In this document: piece after piece, positions 13,794-23,775 of the stretch | Numbering within the stretch: the first letter of the stretch is position 1 | Layout: every line of letters starts with the position of its first letter | The notes under the pieces: model-generated | Seen by the model: only the letters and a program-made list of their open reading frames with translations | Databases searched by the model: none | Told to the model about the DNA's origin: nothing | Position numbers and translations under genes: made by a program | IMG/VR virus record: IMGVR_UViG_3300033066_002433 | DNA length: 64,000 bases | Direction: 5' to 3' (one strand) | Source of the DNA: an uncultured virus (IMG/VR IMGVR_UViG_3300033066_002433) | Lineage: Duplodnaviria > Heunggongvirae > Uroviricota > Caudoviricetes

Positions 13794-15115
13794 TGTGGTA
13801 CAAAGAAGCAAAACTCGAAGACAAAATACGCAAAGTCGTTGATAAATTTCCTGGCAATGGAATCAAAGTATGGGTTCTTAAAAAGCCAAAGAAAGTCTTT
13901 GTTAGCTTTGGTGATTGGGCTGACAATATAGGAAGGTTTCTCAAAGAGCTTCGCTGGGCGGTAGGCGGATCTTATGAAATAGATCATGATTTTGAAGTAG
14001 GAAGCCCTGACCCAGATAAAAGAAAATGGAAGAAAGTCGCTAATGCAACTAATGTCCAAATATACATGGATGATTATAATGCCTCTTTACGAAAGGTCCT
14101 AACAGATCTTGTTGCTTTTACGCAAAAGTCAAAACAACAAAACGCAAGCTTTAGACTTAACTGGCCTCTTGTGCAATCAACCTTTCAGAAATATAACCTT
14201 GGATGGCAATGGATGCAGGATTTGCAGAAGATTGTACAAGAAAGAAATCAAATGGATCTTCTTCATGGGATTACGTTTCTAAGCAACTGGATTGCTAGAG
14301 GCAAGTACGCCACTCCAGAAATGACTCAAATCGAAAAAACTCAAGCTCATATTGAATTAATTGAAGCTATGAAGCAGCTTAGAACTTACGCAGATCAGCT
14401 AGAAGAATCAGCCGTTGATTATCGAGAATACAATGAACAATCAGCAGAAGAAGACTATCAAAGGATATCGCAAGAAACCGCTCAAAACATGCAGAATATA
14501 GCCATTTTTGCTCAACAAGCTATTGGTAGAATCGAATCATGGAACGGAAGCCCTGTAACCGTTATGGCAAGAACTGTTCACAAAAATGACAGCTACTTTG
14601 AGCCAGAAACTAGCGCTACGATTGAATTTGGACCGCCTGGCGGAGATATGTCTCCATCATTCACTGTATTTGAAATAGGAGAAAAGGGAGCGGTTATTGA
14701 TGATGTATTAGAAGCAGGAGATGAGGATTTCTTCACAAGTGGAACTATTCAGTCAGACTACTTCAACCTTCTTAAGGAAATGAAGAGTCCAGGTTCTTCT
14801 GGTAGTGGCGGAAAGATTATGACGCTATATACAGCAAGGCCAATGAAAGACAGAGCAATCTACGAATCAAAGTCTGAAATTCCGTCCAACATATTTCTTA
14901 CTAACAGTTTGTCATCTGCGGAAGGTATAGCTATGGATCTTGGAGGTTCTGAAGGGATAAGAGATGTTTGGAAAATTCAGATAGACTCTAGATATCTTGT
15001 TCCGACTCTTGAAGGCATGGAAAAACAATATCAAGTGGTAGGCAACGGGATGGTGCCTGTCAGAAAAATGACCTTGATTTCACCAGGAAGCTCTAATGCA
15101 AGAGAACTTGGTTGA
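13793..15115 (+). CDS. Multi-domain protein with MWYKEA motif; C-terminus weakly ADP-ribosyltransferase-like
   Basis: 'TLYTARP...IFLTNSLSSAEG...VWKIQID...KQYQV' resembles ART strand order; weak. Confidence 0.55.
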   Translation: MWYKEAKLEDKIRKVVDKFPGNGIKVWVLKKPKKVFVSFGDWADNIGRFLKELRWAVGGSYEIDHDFEVGSPDPDKRKWKKVANATNVQIYMDDYNASLRKVLTDLVAFTQKSKQQNASFRLNWPLVQSTFQKYNLGWQWMQDLQKIVQERNQMDLLHGITFLSNWIARGKYATPEMTQIEKTQAHIELIEAMKQLRTYADQLEESAVDYREYNEQSAEEDYQRISQETAQNMQNIAIFAQQAIGRIESWNGSPVTVMARTVHKNDSYFEPETSATIEFGPPGGDMSPSFTVFEIGEKGAVIDDVLEAGDEDFFTSGTIQSDYFNLLKEMKSPGSSGSGGKIMTLYTARPMKDRAIYESKSEIPSNIFLTNSLSSAEGIAMDLGGSEGIRDVWKIQIDSRYLVPTLEGMEKQYQVVGNGMVPVRKMTLISPGSSNARELG

Positions 15116-15275
15116 TAGGATTTTTCTTTCTCTCGATCCTAGCGGTAGTGATGTAAGATATCTCATGCTCAACTTCCCATGATGTGCCGTTACTATTGCT
15201 CTCGAAAAAAACTTTCATAGCATCTGCTTCTGGATCTTCTTTTTTAAGAAGCTCTATAAGTTCTTTAACCTTCAT
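15093..15275 (-). CDS. small phage hypothetical protein
   Basis: 'MKVKELIELLKKEDPEA' N-terminus common in phages. Confidence 0.6.
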   Translation of the reverse strand: MKVKELIELLKKEDPEADAMKVFFESNSNGTSWEVEHEISYITTARIERKKNPINQVLLH

Positions 15276-15511
15276 AATTCAATCTTTCCATTCTTCTTGC
15301 CTGTTAGATACCATCTAACGCAAGAATCAAAAATGCTCTTAGGTATTGAGATTATCTGTTCCGGATTTTTACCTAATTCTTGTTTAGCAATTGTAATAGT
15401 TTTACCATCAGTAATCATCCAAAAATCTTTAGGAAGATCAATACTATCTCTTGGTATTTTGCAAATAGAAGCAAGAGAATTACACTCTATGGGTGTTCGT
15501 GTTTTTTTCAT
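15272..15511 (-). CDS. hypothetical protein
   Basis: 79-aa ORF, tightly packed. Confidence 0.6.
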   Translation of the reverse strand: MKKTRTPIECNSLASICKIPRDSIDLPKDFWMITDGKTITIAKQELGKNPEQIISIPKSIFDSCVRWYLTGKKNGKIEL

Positions 15512-15512
15512 A

Positions 15513-15872
15513 TTATAAACTTATTTTACTATTTTTACGAGCAGAAACTTCATTGAATTTATCAATAACACATTCAGCAAGATCGATTCCCATTCTTGCT
15601 GCAAGCAAATCAAGATAACATTGAACGTCAGCTATTTCTTTTGCGATATCATCCTTTGATACTTCTTCTCCTCTACGATCCTTTTTGAGGAAATTGCAAA
15701 GCTCTCCAACTTCGCCAGCAAGAGCGCAACCCCAATCGGTGGGACTCCAATTACTAATTTTGTCAAAGTGTTTATTACAACGCTTGATATTAACTGCTCT
15801 AAGTTTGCTAAACGTAAGTTCATTAGGTTTGGTTGAGCGTTTCATTTTCTTTTTTGCTATGTTCTTAATCAT
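15513..15872 (-). CDS. MazG-like nucleotide pyrophosphohydrolase
   Basis: 'LAGEVGELCN...KEIADVQCYL'. Confidence 0.85.
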   Translation of the reverse strand: MIKNIAKKKMKRSTKPNELTFSKLRAVNIKRCNKHFDKISNWSPTDWGCALAGEVGELCNFLKKDRRGEEVSKDDIAKEIADVQCYLDLLAARMGIDLAECVIDKFNEVSARKNSKISL

Positions 15873-15886
15873 TTTTTCTCCAATTG

Positions 15887-15912
15887 AAAAAGGCGAGGAA
15901 TAAGCCCCCGCC
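15887..15912 (-). terminator. Intrinsic terminator
   Basis: GC-rich hairpin GGCGGGG...CCTCGCC followed by TTTTT, downstream of the vWA gene. Confidence 0.55.
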
Positions 15913-15935
15913 CTTTAAGCGAACAGAAGGTATTA

Positions 15936-16823
15936 TTACTTCGTCTTCTTTGGACTATTATTTGAAGGCTTCACGTTAGCAGGAGGAACAATCGTTTGAT
16001 TTAGATTTTGCATAACAGGTGGAGCGGGATGAGTTTCACTAGTCAAGTCAATACTTCTATCATCCGCCGAAAAGAAATTGGCAGAAGAAGCTTGAAGCGA
16101 TTGACCGCTAGCAACTCGACAAGCAAAACCTCTGGAATAAATATCTCTTGAATCGCCAAGGTGATTAAAGGCTTTCTTGGTTCCAACATTATCGCTCGTA
16201 TAAGCGGCAACATTAGAAATAGGAATATTGTACTTAGCGGCTGCTTCCATAACGTTCTGGTTTGCGCCCATATAAGTAACAGTCCATACGAGATTTGAAT
16301 TGCCTTTCAATGACTCAATCAACTGCGAAATCTTTGCGGCATTATATTCTCTACTTGCATTTTCTTCTCCATCAGTAATAACAGTAAGAAGAACGCTTAC
16401 AGGAGAATCTTCGGTTGCTTCTGTTTTAAGTTCTTCAGCAAGGCGAGTAATGGTTCTCCCCATTGCATCGCAAAGAGCTGTTGAACCAACAGGAGCATAA
16501 CTATCTTTATTTAGATCGTAAAGATCATCAACAGATGCTCTCCAATGAACATTCAGATTAATATCTGCAAACGTCACCAGAGTTATTGTATGCTTCTGAT
16601 TAGGATTTTCTGAAACAAGCTTGCGAATCTTATGAGCATTCTCGTTGAAGCCGCTAATAGTAGAGTCTCTAACCGATTCCATTGAACCGCTACGATCAAG
16701 AATGAAAACATTATGAATCGTTGAAGTTAGCTGTTTCTTTGCAACTGCTGGCTTCTTTGCCTTAACCGCTTTCTTGGGTTTATTTACTTTATTTTTCGAC
16801 TTTGCTTTTTTCGTCTTTGACAT
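15936..16823 (-). CDS. vWA domain protein with basic Lys-rich N-terminal tail
   Basis: MIDAS 'ILDRSGSM', 'GSTAL', 'ITDGEENAS'. Confidence 0.88.
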   Translation of the reverse strand: MSKTKKAKSKNKVNKPKKAVKAKKPAVAKKQLTSTIHNVFILDRSGSMESVRDSTISGFNENAHKIRKLVSENPNQKHTITLVTFADINLNVHWRASVDDLYDLNKDSYAPVGSTALCDAMGRTITRLAEELKTEATEDSPVSVLLTVITDGEENASREYNAAKISQLIESLKGNSNLVWTVTYMGANQNVMEAAAKYNIPISNVAAYTSDNVGTKKAFNHLGDSRDIYSRGFACRVASGQSLQASSANFFSADDRSIDLTSETHPAPPVMQNLNQTIVPPANVKPSNNSPKKTK

Positions 16824-16859
16824 TTTATTTACCTTTACTACATCAGTTTACAACGTTAA

Positions 16860-16931
16860 AGCGGGCGACCGGGCTCGAACCGGCAACATTCTGCTTGGAA
16901 GGCAGACATTCTACCATTGAATTACGCCCGC
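16860..16931 (-). tRNA. tRNA-Gly(TCC), solitary
   Basis: GCGGGCG/CGCCCGC acceptor; TCTGC CTTCCAA GCAGA anticodon arm. Confidence 0.93.
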
Positions 16932-17016
16932 ATTAGGCGAGATTTCACTCTCGCCGTATCTTCTTCGACTATTTCAGAAGGGTGCCACCATAGGACACGA
17001 TTTTGGTGTTACAGTT

Positions 17017-17151
17017 TTATTTGCCCTGAACCTTAGCAAGCTCCGCCTTAGCCTGAGCAAGGAGGAGTTCAACCCCCTTCTTGTTCTTACGACCAACCAA
17101 GATCCCAGCAACAAAGCCAACTGCCGTTCCGAATATAAATCCTAGTACCAT
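17017..17151 (-). CDS. Small membrane protein (44 aa)
   Basis: MVLGFIFGTAVGFVAGILVGRKNKK...; AGGAG RBS. Confidence 0.65.
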   Translation of the reverse strand: MVLGFIFGTAVGFVAGILVGRKNKKGVELLLAQAKAELAKVQGK

Positions 17152-17205
17152 TTTTGTTTACTCCTGTTCTGGGGTCTCTTGTTCTTTTGGTTAGACCCTC
17201 GTTAC

Positions 17206-17763
17206 TTATACATTCAGAGTAATGGGGTCATTTTCCTTCAATTGAGTTTTTCTAGTTCTTTTGAGGGGTTCGCTCGTTGTTGTTCTCAAAACATAAGCCC
17301 CTTCTCCGTCAAAATGAAAGGATTCCCATCGAAGAATATGACCTCTTTCTCTCAATCTATTACCATACGGGTTATCACCGCCATGACGGGTCATTGTTTT
17401 AATATTTGTTTCAATTCTGTTGCGCCAGTTATTGGCATTTTTTTCAACAAGAACATCATTCTTGATTGTCTTAACTTTTGATTTATTCTTAAAGCGATCC
17501 CATTTATCAGGATCTCTTTCTTCCATCAAGGATGCTATCATATCAATATAGTCGCCTGTCCTAATGGGCTTATCATGATTCTCATAGCCAATCTTTAAAA
17601 TTGCCCAATAACAAGAACCAGGCTGAGCGGGAATGATAAACTGAGAGTTTTCATCTTCTACCGAGTCTAAGGCGTCCTGATTCTTGCGCAAAAAAGAATA
17701 GTTCCTCTTCTGTTGTTGAACAATAACGGCATCTGTTTGTGTAACTTCTATATCATCAGACAT
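17206..17763 (-). CDS. hypothetical protein
   Basis: 185-aa ORF with AGGAG RBS. Confidence 0.7.
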   Translation of the reverse strand: MSDDIEVTQTDAVIVQQQKRNYSFLRKNQDALDSVEDENSQFIIPAQPGSCYWAILKIGYENHDKPIRTGDYIDMIASLMEERDPDKWDRFKNKSKVKTIKNDVLVEKNANNWRNRIETNIKTMTRHGGDNPYGNRLRERGHILRWESFHFDGEGAYVLRTTTSEPLKRTRKTQLKENDPITLNV

Positions 17764-17963
17764 TGATTACTCCTGAATAAGGAAAGTATACGCCCCAGCA
17801 AATACACCATTTGTATTCGAAAACCTCAATGGATAGGCTACTTCACTTGGAATCCGTATCCGTTTATTATTTGTGCAAAGTCATTTTGAAAGAAGAAAAA
17901 GATACGTTCGTGATATCGGCGACTGGCTAGTCTTAGGCGGACGAAACACGTTAGAGAAACCTT

Positions 17964-18740
17964 ATGGAAAACACCACTAAAAACCCGATCCCAGACAGTC
18001 CGCTCAAGATTGATTGCTTCAAAATGGGTTGTGAAGGATGGGATATTGTTCCTGCTTCTTCTGTGCGAGAATGGATGGAAGCAACAAATGGTCATGCGCA
18101 AAAGTGCTTACCCTTACTTGCTGCTAACCAAATGGGTTGGCACATTTTATGCCCAATCGATTTCTCCGCTATTTGGGATGGCGGTCCTATGGGATCGAAT
18201 ACAAGGATATTGATAGACAATCCAGCTTTTGAAAAAGCTGTTGTTTCTCATTTTGGAACCGGCATAATTACTTTTCAATTGCCTTACTTTTTTAGAACAA
18301 GTCCAGAAATAGGACTTTTCGCAAGAGGGCCAACAAACTTTTGGATCGACAATTTCCACGCTCTTGACGGGTTTATAGAAACTCATTGGTCAAACTATTC
18401 GTTTACAATGAACTGGAAAATAACTAAACCTCATACAATGATTCATGTCAAAAAAGGCGATCCGATTTGCATGTTAATCCCCTATCCAATTCGATTGCTT
18501 GAAAATGTTCAAGTTTCTCATGAGTCTTTCAATAAAGCGCCAGAAGAAATTAGATCAACATACGAAAAATGGAGTAAGTATCGGGACGAGTTCAACCAAA
18601 GAACCGACCGTACTAAACAAGATTGGCAAAAAGATTACTTCATGGGTCGTAAATGTCCTTTCTCAGGAAATGGTCCCGAGAACAAAGGCGAACCGCACCG
18701 AACAAAATATCATCTTCCAAGATTTGATGAATACCAGTAA
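17964..18740 (+). CDS. DUF6065-like protein
   Basis: 'REWM...CLPLLAANQMGW...SHFGTGIITF...GPTN...FTMNWK...WQKDYF'. Confidence 0.75.
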   Translation: MENTTKNPIPDSPLKIDCFKMGCEGWDIVPASSVREWMEATNGHAQKCLPLLAANQMGWHILCPIDFSAIWDGGPMGSNTRILIDNPAFEKAVVSHFGTGIITFQLPYFFRTSPEIGLFARGPTNFWIDNFHALDGFIETHWSNYSFTMNWKITKPHTMIHVKKGDPICMLIPYPIRLLENVQVSHESFNKAPEEIRSTYEKWSKYRDEFNQRTDRTKQDWQKDYFMGRKCPFSGNGPENKGEPHRTKYHLPRFDEYQ

Positions 18741-18800
18741 AATCGGTTTATGTTCTGCGAAATTATCAGTTAAGAATTAAGCATTTGGAGATTTCTTATT

Positions 18801-20438
18801 ATGGGTTGGTACTCAGCTCCACCGTCGAATAACAATTTGGATTCTTGGATCAAGAATGACTTCAACGTATTATTTCATGGTCGTCACGGCGTTGGCAAAA
18901 CCTCAATGATTTTCGAGGCCTTTAAAAGGGCTGGATGGAAACTTGGAGAAGATTATCTTTACTTCTCTGCCGCAACTATCGATCCCTGGGTTGACCTAAT
19001 TGGCGTTCCTTCAAAATCCATTTCTGCTGATGGAGAAGAAGTTCTCAAAATTATCAGACCAGAAAGTGTTCATAACAAAAGCATTAAGGCCTTTTTCGTT
19101 GATGAGCTTAACCGTTCTCACAAGAAAGTTCGCAATGCAATGATGGAACTAATACAGTTTAAGTCTATCAATGGATCTAAATTTCCTAATCTTAAAATAG
19201 TTTGGGGAGCCGTTAACCCTGACGACGACAACGATCTAAAGTTTGACGTTGAAAAACTTGATCCTGCTCAAGAGGATCGTTTTGAAATTCATGTTGAGAT
19301 TCCCTACAAGCCAAGCATTGCGTATTTCTCCGAAAAATATAACGATCCTGAAATGGCAGAAGCTGTATGTAAGTGGTGGAATGATCTTCCTGATATTGTA
19401 AAGCTCAAAGTAACACCTCGTCGCCTTGAGTACGCTATAGAAGTGTTCAGAAAGACAAACGATCTTCGTTATGTTATCCCAAGCGAAGCTCAAATTTCAA
19501 CACTCAAAAGTGCTATACAATCCGGAAATCCAGAAAAGACATTAAGGCAAATGCTTGAAAGCGGTAACGAAGAAGAAACCCGCAGATGGCTTGCTATTGA
19601 AAACAATCTGACGGCTGTTCAAGCGCTCATTTGCGCAGATAGAAGTATTGCGGCCAAAAGCTTGCACCTTATCTCAGATGAGAAGATTGCTTCTTTTGCA
19701 ACCAAGCACAAAGCCGTTCAGGAACAGATGAAAGCTGAACCAAAAAAGTACGCCAAGATCATAAGAGATTTAGCAGAAAACTCTCAACAAAAAATGCTCA
19801 AAGATATGTGTATTAGATTGCTGCCTTTCCTAGGAGGTAATGAAGCATCTTTAGCTAAAGTAAATATCAATGTAAATTCGCCGTCCAATCTCGGACTTAC
19901 CAAGAGAAGATATCACGAGATCATATCAAATTATTCAATATATGGCTGTCAGCCAGGGACATGCACTGAAAGCGATCTACTGGTAATAAACAACGACACC
20001 ACTGATAGATCTGGACAACTGCTTAGCATTGCAACAGATTGTTCTTTTGCGTCTAATACGCACGAAAGAATTAAGCTACTTGAAAGACTATCAAATACTG
20101 TATCTTTGAAAATGATTTCTAATGAAGCAATAGTTGCTCTCAAGATTATCGAGCATGTTGTCTCTTATTCTAGCCCAGAAATAATCAAAGAAATTGGGAT
20201 CAAATATCAGGCGCTAATTAACACTGCTGTCCAATCTTGGTATGAATCTGGCAAGAATGCAAACGTTGCTGCTCTTATGACAAAAGCTCCATATTTGACA
20301 GTTAATATTCTTGCTGCTGCGGCAGATGAACAAAATAATAGACAACAGGTTTTATACAAGTCTGGTAATGAGAAATTCGACGGCATTTCGGAAGAACTAC
20401 AATATAGCAATACACAGAATGTTGAAGACCTTTTCTAA
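18801..20438 (+). CDS. MoxR/AAA_5-like ATPase, paralog 1
   Basis: 'GRHGVGKT', 'FVDELNR', 'DPAQEDRF', 'TPRRLE'. Confidence 0.85.
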   Translation: MGWYSAPPSNNNLDSWIKNDFNVLFHGRHGVGKTSMIFEAFKRAGWKLGEDYLYFSAATIDPWVDLIGVPSKSISADGEEVLKIIRPESVHNKSIKAFFVDELNRSHKKVRNAMMELIQFKSINGSKFPNLKIVWGAVNPDDDNDLKFDVEKLDPAQEDRFEIHVEIPYKPSIAYFSEKYNDPEMAEAVCKWWNDLPDIVKLKVTPRRLEYAIEVFRKTNDLRYVIPSEAQISTLKSAIQSGNPEKTLRQMLESGNEEETRRWLAIENNLTAVQALICADRSIAAKSLHLISDEKIASFATKHKAVQEQMKAEPKKYAKIIRDLAENSQQKMLKDMCIRLLPFLGGNEASLAKVNINVNSPSNLGLTKRRYHEIISNYSIYGCQPGTCTESDLLVINNDTTDRSGQLLSIATDCSFASNTHERIKLLERLSNTVSLKMISNEAIVALKIIEHVVSYSSPEIIKEIGIKYQALINTAVQSWYESGKNANVAALMTKAPYLTVNILAAAADEQNNRQQVLYKSGNEKFDGISEELQYSNTQNVEDLF

Positions 20439-20447
20439 GGAACACAA

Positions 20448-21851
20448 GTGCCAGAAGATTCTAATAAAATACAAGACATTAGCCAAGAAGAACTTTCTGA
20501 AAAACAGAAGGAAGAGCTACTTGGAATGAACATAACTGAAGAGTTCAATGCGATAAGCAGAGATCTCGATAAGTTTCATTCCATATTTTATCAAATCTGG
20601 GAAATGGGATATCCTGAACTTACTTTTGATATTCCTACCGCCGCTGTTGCATTTGATAAAAAGGGTAGACAAATTAGGTTTATGTTTAATCCTCTTTTCT
20701 GGAAACAGAGCGATACATATACAAAAGAATTTGTTATTTGTCACGAATGCTTGCATGTAATTCTTAATCACGGAATACGCATTAAAGATATCAAAGGAAC
20801 TGCATGGGTAGGCATAGCCAACTACGCATTAGACGTTGTTGTAAATCACATGCTTGTCGATAAGTTTAACTTTGATAGACATTCTATTAAGAATCAAGAA
20901 AACTTTTGCTGGATAGATACCGTTTTTGGTAAAGACCATAAGCAAGTCGAGAAAAATCGAGCATTTGAATACTACTTTGGCTTACTTAAGCAAAAAATAA
21001 GCAAAAACCTAAAAGATGGCAAAATGCAAATTACAAACGCAGATGGAACTTTTTCAGATATAGCTGGAGAGCCCTTCGATATTCATGATTTTCTTGATGG
21101 TCTTGATAACGAAGAATTAAAGAAAGATATCGAAGAACATATAAACAAAAATCTCAACGATATAGACAAGAAGAATTTCGTTGATAAGCTTCAAGAAACT
21201 GGTGAAGGCAAAAAAGTTACTGAAGAAAAACAAGACGGGCAAGGCGGTTCTATTGCTGGCGGAATAACCTTCAAAATGAACATACATGAGAGGGTAAAGA
21301 AAAAGCAAAAATGGGAAACCGTTATCAAAAGATGGTCTTTGAAATATTTCAAAGAGGACCAAGGCGTTGAACAATGGGCAAGAGCAAACCGCAGAATATC
21401 TGACATGCAAACCGATCTCATGCTTCCAAGCGAGATTGATGAACAGAACTTAATTTATGATAAGATAGAAATTTGGTTTTTTCAGGATGTTTCTGGTTCA
21501 TGCGTTCACTTGAAAGACCGTTTCTTTAGAGCAGCAAGAAGCCTCCCAGAGGAAAAGTTTATTATTCGTATGTTTTGTTTTGATACTAGAGTTCATGAAG
21601 TTGACCTGAAAAAAGGCGAACTTAAAGGCGGCGGTGGAACGTCTTTCTCTGTTCTTGAAAAATTTGTTCAAAACGAAGTCAGTAAAAACCCCAAAAAGAA
21701 GCATCCAGAGGCTATATTCGTCATTACTGATGGCGATGGAGACAGAATATCCCCTCAATTCCCTAAGAAATGGTATTGGTTTCTTACCTACAATAATAGA
21801 AATTATATTCCCAAAGAATGTAATATTCACATGCTTAAAGATTACGAATAG
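20448..21851 (+). CDS. Metallopeptidase plus vWA-like protein (DUF2201 type)
   Basis: HEXXH 'HECLH'; 'DVSGSC', 'GGGGTSF', 'ITDG'. Confidence 0.85.
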   Translation: MPEDSNKIQDISQEELSEKQKEELLGMNITEEFNAISRDLDKFHSIFYQIWEMGYPELTFDIPTAAVAFDKKGRQIRFMFNPLFWKQSDTYTKEFVICHECLHVILNHGIRIKDIKGTAWVGIANYALDVVVNHMLVDKFNFDRHSIKNQENFCWIDTVFGKDHKQVEKNRAFEYYFGLLKQKISKNLKDGKMQITNADGTFSDIAGEPFDIHDFLDGLDNEELKKDIEEHINKNLNDIDKKNFVDKLQETGEGKKVTEEKQDGQGGSIAGGITFKMNIHERVKKKQKWETVIKRWSLKYFKEDQGVEQWARANRRISDMQTDLMLPSEIDEQNLIYDKIEIWFFQDVSGSCVHLKDRFFRAARSLPEEKFIIRMFCFDTRVHEVDLKKGELKGGGGTSFSVLEKFVQNEVSKNPKKKHPEAIFVITDGDGDRISPQFPKKWYWFLTYNNRNYIPKECNIHMLKDYE

Positions 21852-21923
21852 GGTTTAATGCCATAAAGGGAAAAGTCATTATTTTAAAGAATAACTCAAA
21901 TAACACTTTTTGAGGAATTCTAA

Positions 21924-22523
21924 ATGCCAACTAATGACAGATTCATACAAAGCATTGTTGAACTACTAGACAAGCTAATAGACCACCAATCCCGCAATGC
22001 AACACTACTTTCTGAACTCAAATCTTCTCTTGGAGAATTGAGAAGCGATTCCACAGAAGCACTTCTCAACTTGCGAGAAAAACTTCCTAACACTCTTTCT
22101 AGAGAACAAGAAGATAATTATCGCAAGCTTTCTTCAATTGTCACCAAAATAGAAGACAATAATGACCGCATAGCTGACAACATAAAAATATTCGAAGAAG
22201 ATTACAAAAAGACTCATCAGCTTCATCAAGAAAACGCCTTAACTCTAGGTAATCATACTAACATTTTGACTGATATCAAAAATGCTCTTACAACAAAGAA
22301 AGAGCATCAAGATAAAATCGAAGAAACAGTCAAGAATGTTGATCAGTTTATAATAAGTGTAAAGAACAAAAAAACTTGGATAGCTCTCATTGTTGCTGGT
22401 ATGGCCGCTCTTGCTACAGCTATGACTGCTATTATTGGCAGCTTAGAAGCATTCAAAAACTTTACAGGACAAAAAACTCAACAGGTATCTCCTAACAATC
22501 AGCAAAGCCCTCAAAAGCCTTAA
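21924..22523 (+). CDS. Coiled-coil protein with C-terminal transmembrane helix
   Basis: Heptad-rich body; hydrophobic 'WIALIVAGMAALATAMTAIIG'; upstream AGGG-N18-GAAT. Confidence 0.7.
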   Translation: MPTNDRFIQSIVELLDKLIDHQSRNATLLSELKSSLGELRSDSTEALLNLREKLPNTLSREQEDNYRKLSSIVTKIEDNNDRIADNIKIFEEDYKKTHQLHQENALTLGNHTNILTDIKNALTTKKEHQDKIEETVKNVDQFIISVKNKKTWIALIVAGMAALATAMTAIIGSLEAFKNFTGQKTQQVSPNNQQSPQKP

Positions 22524-22543
22524 AGTCTTAAAAGGAATTGTAG

Positions 22544-23023
22544 ATGAAACACGAAGTTGATAGCGCCTGCCAAAGCCTTCTTACACAAAAAACGTCTATT
22601 ATGTTTCTTGGTAAAAATGCTTATACCATTTGTAGAGATTTTATAGACAGTCTAAAAGAAAACGAAATATCAAAATGTCTTGATATTAACTGTTGTAAGA
22701 AAAACAACGGACAATGCGGTGATATATATGTTCTTGAAACAGATAACTTGGACGAAAAAACCAAGCTTCAGTCAATCAAGAAAATATATAAAGCCAATCC
22801 TAAAGCTTGTCTGTTTTTGATTGACCGCAGAAAAGACATTTCAGAATTAACAGATAAGGTTAAGCCATTTTTAGATCCGATCAAACTAGGTAATGCAATT
22901 CATGGGGTTTTGAATCCTGAAAACAAAGACTTCAAAGATATTGTTGGTTGCATATCTTTAATGGAAAACACAAAAAAGAAACTGTACAGCCTTTGGGAAA
23001 AACTAGATAGAGCCATAGCTTAA
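22544..23023 (+). CDS. hypothetical protein (possible degenerate receiver fold)
   Basis: 159-aa ORF with RBS. Confidence 0.55.
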   Translation: MKHEVDSACQSLLTQKTSIMFLGKNAYTICRDFIDSLKENEISKCLDINCCKKNNGQCGDIYVLETDNLDEKTKLQSIKKIYKANPKACLFLIDRRKDISELTDKVKPFLDPIKLGNAIHGVLNPENKDFKDIVGCISLMENTKKKLYSLWEKLDRAIA

Positions 23024-23028
23024 TAAAA

Positions 23029-23406
23029 ATGGACACATATACAACAATAACTCCAGAGTTATACAAATACGTTTCTGATAGATACGCTTGGGCTTATCGA
23101 AGTATACAAAACTCGTATGAAGATTTTAGCAGCGCCGTTAGTCATATTGCACAAATAGACAACGTAGAAGCAAAGCTAGACCTAATGAGACCTCTACGTC
23201 TTAGCGCTAGGTCATTTGAACAAAGCAAGTTTACTTCTCAACTATACTCTGCTGTTATAAAAATCAATAACCACGTTGTAGACAGAAGCGAGCAAAAAAA
23301 TCTCAACTTATGGCTTAGTGATAATGGAATAAAGGTAAATAGAGATTGGGCAAATCTTTGTTCTGAAACAGGAACAACTATAGAAGAAGAAAATATAGAA
23401 GATTAA
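23029..23406 (+). CDS. hypothetical protein
   Basis: 125-aa ORF. Confidence 0.65.
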   Translation: MDTYTTITPELYKYVSDRYAWAYRSIQNSYEDFSSAVSHIAQIDNVEAKLDLMRPLRLSARSFEQSKFTSQLYSAVIKINNHVVDRSEQKNLNLWLSDNGIKVNRDWANLCSETGTTIEEENIED

Positions 23407-23681
23407 ATGAATCGCTCAACACCGCCTTCGGTTATCTGTAAAAGATAACAGCCAGCAGAAGACAAATAATACCTACCAATAATAACTTGCCCATCGTGAA
23501 CTTTACGATGACACTTGCAGCACAAGCAAACCGTATTGGTTGGAGTGTACTTGCCTCCTTCTGATCCTGGGACTATCCGATGTACATCCAATACAGAAGG
23601 ATCTTTGTCGCCGCAAAGCCTGCACTCTCCTTGAGCAAGCTTGTAAATCTTCTTATCAATCAATGTCTTTTTCTTAGGCAT
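23403..23681 (-). CDS. HNH endonuclease
   Basis: 'CRLCG...LDVHRIVPGSEGGKY...NTVCLCCKCHRKVH'. Confidence 0.85.
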   Translation of the reverse strand: MPKKKTLIDKKIYKLAQGECRLCGDKDPSVLDVHRIVPGSEGGKYTPTNTVCLCCKCHRKVHDGQVIIGRYYLSSAGCYLLQITEGGVERFI

Positions 23682-23775
23682 AGCAGGAATATCGGCACTT
23701 TACAAACAAGTGAAAGCTTGAGTCTGTTTGCAAATTCATCCGACTAACTCTTTGCCAAAGATGGAGTTCTGTTGA

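Noticed and set aside
18801..18830. MGWYS start as a member of the WYK family
   Set aside because: Lacks the K-x-A/S part, and the paralogous ATPase has no such start.
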